In this document: one piece after another, positions 46,096 through 48,624 of the stretch | Layout: every line of letters starts with the position of its first letter | Position numbering within the stretch: position 1 is the first letter of the stretch | NCBI GenBank assembly: GCA_012862495.1 | Contig: BLSG01000228.1 | Location: 12,696 to 61,319, forward strand | Reading direction: 5' to 3' | DNA length: 48,624 nt | Source: Thraustochytrium aureum | Taxonomy: Eukaryota | Notes under the pieces: generated by a model | The model's database searches: none | The model's input: only the letters and a program-made list of their open reading frames with translations | What the model was told of the DNA's origin: nothing | Made by a program: the position numbers and the translations under genes

Positions 46096-48374
46096 ATGCT
46101 CACCCGCGCCTGGATAGCCCTGGCGGCCATGGTGGTGGTGGCCAGCCCTGCACCCTCTGCGGAGGCCGCGCAAGCGGAAGTGTATCGCGTCGGATCGAGC
46201 AAGGTCGACATCACCGGCCCCGTCGCACACGTCAACATGATGGGCTACGCGGACGCCATGCAGCGCGCGACCGGGCTTCTCAACCGGCTCTACGCGCGCG
46301 CCTACGTGGTCGAGCGAGACCCGCCGGGCGGCGGCTCGACCGAACGGATCGCCGTTGTGCACTGCGACCTCCACAGCATCCCCTTGCAGCTCCACCAGGT
46401 CGTCGTGGAGCGCCTCGAGAGCGAGTTTGGCTCCGAGACATTCTCCAGCGACAACGTCATGATCCACGGCCAGCACACGCACTCGGGGCCCGGGGGGCTG
46501 CACACCTTCTACCTGTACTACCTGTCAACGCTCGGGTTCACGCAAATCCACTTTGACATGGTGGCCGACCAGCTCGTCGCCGCTGTCAAGGCCGCGGCCG
46601 CCGCCATGGCGCCGCGCGAGCTGCACATATCACACACCGACATCCACAACTGTAGCGCCCAGCGCTCGATGGAGGCGTACATGCAAAACCCGCGCGAGGA
46701 GCGCGAACGGCACGGCTCGCCCACCAACACGCGCATGACCATCGTAAAGATGACGCCGCCTGGCGCCCCGCACCAGCTCGAGGCCGTGTGGACGTTCTTC
46801 GCTGTGCACACCACGAGCCTGCAAGGCTCGAGCACAATGATCAGCTCGGACAACAAGGGCTATGCGGCCTGGCTCCTGGAGAAAACGTACGGCCCGGCAG
46901 GTCCGGGGGGGCGCCCAGGGTTTTCAGCGGCCTTCTTTCAGACCGAGGCCGGAGACGTGAGCCCCAACGTGGTCGACCGCGGGGACGGGACGTTTACTGG
47001 CGTCCACGGCGACGACTTTGTGCGCAACGCAGAGCACGTGGGCAAGTGCCAAGCCGACGCGGCACGCGCCAAGCTCGACTCGCCGAGCACTAACTGGGTG
47101 CCCGTGTCCGGCTCGCTCTTCTCGCGCAAAGTCTTCTTTGACTTTTCTTCGTATGTCGTGCCCGGCGTGGGGACGACGTGCCCCGCAGTCTCTGGCGTCA
47201 ACATGGTTGCCGGCACAGAGGACGGCCGAGGCCTTCCCTTCATTTTCGAGGGCGCTCTGCGCGGCAATGCCTTTGTCGAGTTCCTCGGCAAGAGCGTGCT
47301 TGTTCGCACCTCGGTCCCCAAGGAGGTCGAGGCTTGCCACTATCCCAAGGTCTCGCTCTTTGCGACAGGGCTCACCAACCCGCCCGCCACGCCCCAGGTT
47401 TTACCGATCCAGCTTTTGGCGATCGGCAACCTGGCCATGGTGGCCGTCCCCTTCGAGGTGACAACGATGGCGGGCCGCCGTATTGCCGAGACCGTCTTTT
47501 CGGTCATGGGGGACCGCCCCCTCGACCACGTCGCGGTCGCTGCGGTCTCCAACGCATACGCGGGCTACTTGGCCACCCGCGAAGAGTACATGGTGCAGCA
47601 CTACGAGGGCGCTTGCACGCACTTTGGACCCAACCAGCTCGAAGCCTTGCAGCACATGCTCTCGACGGTCTACGACGAGGGCGGAGTCAAGGACACAAAG
47701 CAGGTCGCCACGACGCAGCCCGAGCCCGTGCTCTCGCTCGACCCACAGCACGTTCTCACTGCCGTCGGCTCGACGCTCCTTGACGAATACCGCCCTCCGC
47801 CCTTCCACGAGCTCGGCGACCTCGTCAGCGACGCTGCGGCCGAAGCGGGGCCGAGCAACCCTGGAAGCGGGGCGAGGTCGTTGCGGCGCGCTTTTGGTGC
47901 GCGCGCCCGATGAACTCGCAGCTTCTAGTCGGATCGTTCTGCGACGTCGAGCAGCTCGACCAAGGGGGCAAGACTTGGGCTCCTGTGCTCAGGGACGACG
48001 ACTGGAACGTGCGCTTCAGGTACCACAGCAGGTGGCTGCTCTTTGGCGTCTGCACTTGCCAGTGGGTGCTGCCAACAGACGATGCGCAGGCGACATTGCC
48101 GCCTGGCTCGCGCTCGTTTCGCTTGCGTCTTCGGGGCCTTGCCAAGGCCGGCGGCCAAAACCGCTTCTATGAAGGGGTCTCGTCGCCCTTTAACGTCAGC
48201 GACGAGGTGGCTTCAACAGTGCACAACCTCGCGACCGAATACATGTACGGCGTGCCGGAGGAGATCCTGCTTGGCCTTGCGGCCTTGGCGCTCGCCTACT
48301 TGGTCACTCGCTTTGCAAAGTGGCTCGCCTCGCGCCTCGCTTCGCAGCCGGCCCGCAAGACCAAGTCGGTTTGA
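46096..48374 (+). CDS. ASAH2: neutral/alkaline non-lysosomal ceramidase; frameshift at G4 47847-47850
   Basis: Signal peptide; GSSKVDITGP, NMMGYA, RLYARAY, HTHSGPGG, FAVHTTS, ISSDNKGYAA, GDVSPN active-site motif, AGTEDG, P.EVTTMAGRR, NAYAGY, QHYEGACTHFGP. The Ig-like C-domain GEVVAARF...SFCDVE...W..V..DDDW continues in the -1 frame. Confidence 0.95.
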
Positions 48375-48624
48375 GCTCGCACCGCGACGGCGGCTTGATC
48401 ACTATTGCTAGCTTGAGGCGCTCAAGGGCCCTTGATCTTGGTCTTGAAAGAAAACATCGTTTCTCGTTGCCAACCACGCCACTCCATCGCCAAGCGCAGC
48501 TCAAGTCGCAACGCACCAACCTTGCAAGGCGGTCCTTGTGGCAGGCTGGCTTTGCTAATCCGGGTTGCCCGTCTCGTGCTAATGCACATACCATGGGCGG
48601 ACACAAAACGAGACACTCAGGTTT

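Overview
This is not prokaryotic DNA. It is a gene-dense, GC-rich, intron-poor eukaryotic draft scaffold with about 20 N-gaps. The short GT-AG introns with CTAAC/CTGAC branch points, the flagellar genes and the compact layout suggest a flagellated protist, possibly a stramenopile such as a labyrinthulomycete/thraustochytrid (inference only). About 16 protein-coding genes are recognisable: an Asteroid/XPG-type PIN nuclease (cut by the left edge and missing from the ORF track), a CFAP70-like TPR protein, kinesin-9 (KIF6-like), an opine/octopine dehydrogenase, a membrane-anchored RCC1 + TBC1D12/14-type Rab-GAP fusion, UNG, Nup50, an LSD1-like demethylase, an Atg22-like MFS transporter, an ABCC/MRP transporter, SURF6/Rrp14, a probable meiotic ZIP4/TEX11/SPO22 homologue, class III ADH/GSNOR with a mitochondrial-type presequence, an orphan helical protein and a neutral ceramidase with a C-terminal anchor. 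Seven genes carry eight single-base frameshifts, mostly in homopolymers, which are best explained as sequencing error. A gene-free stretch at about 39.6-46 kb holds several tandem arrays. I found no CRISPR array, rRNA, tRNA or recognisable intact mobile element, and no unambiguous new multi-gene system. The best leads are the RCC1-TBC fusion, the opine dehydrogenase, the ZIP4 homologue and the repeat-rich island.
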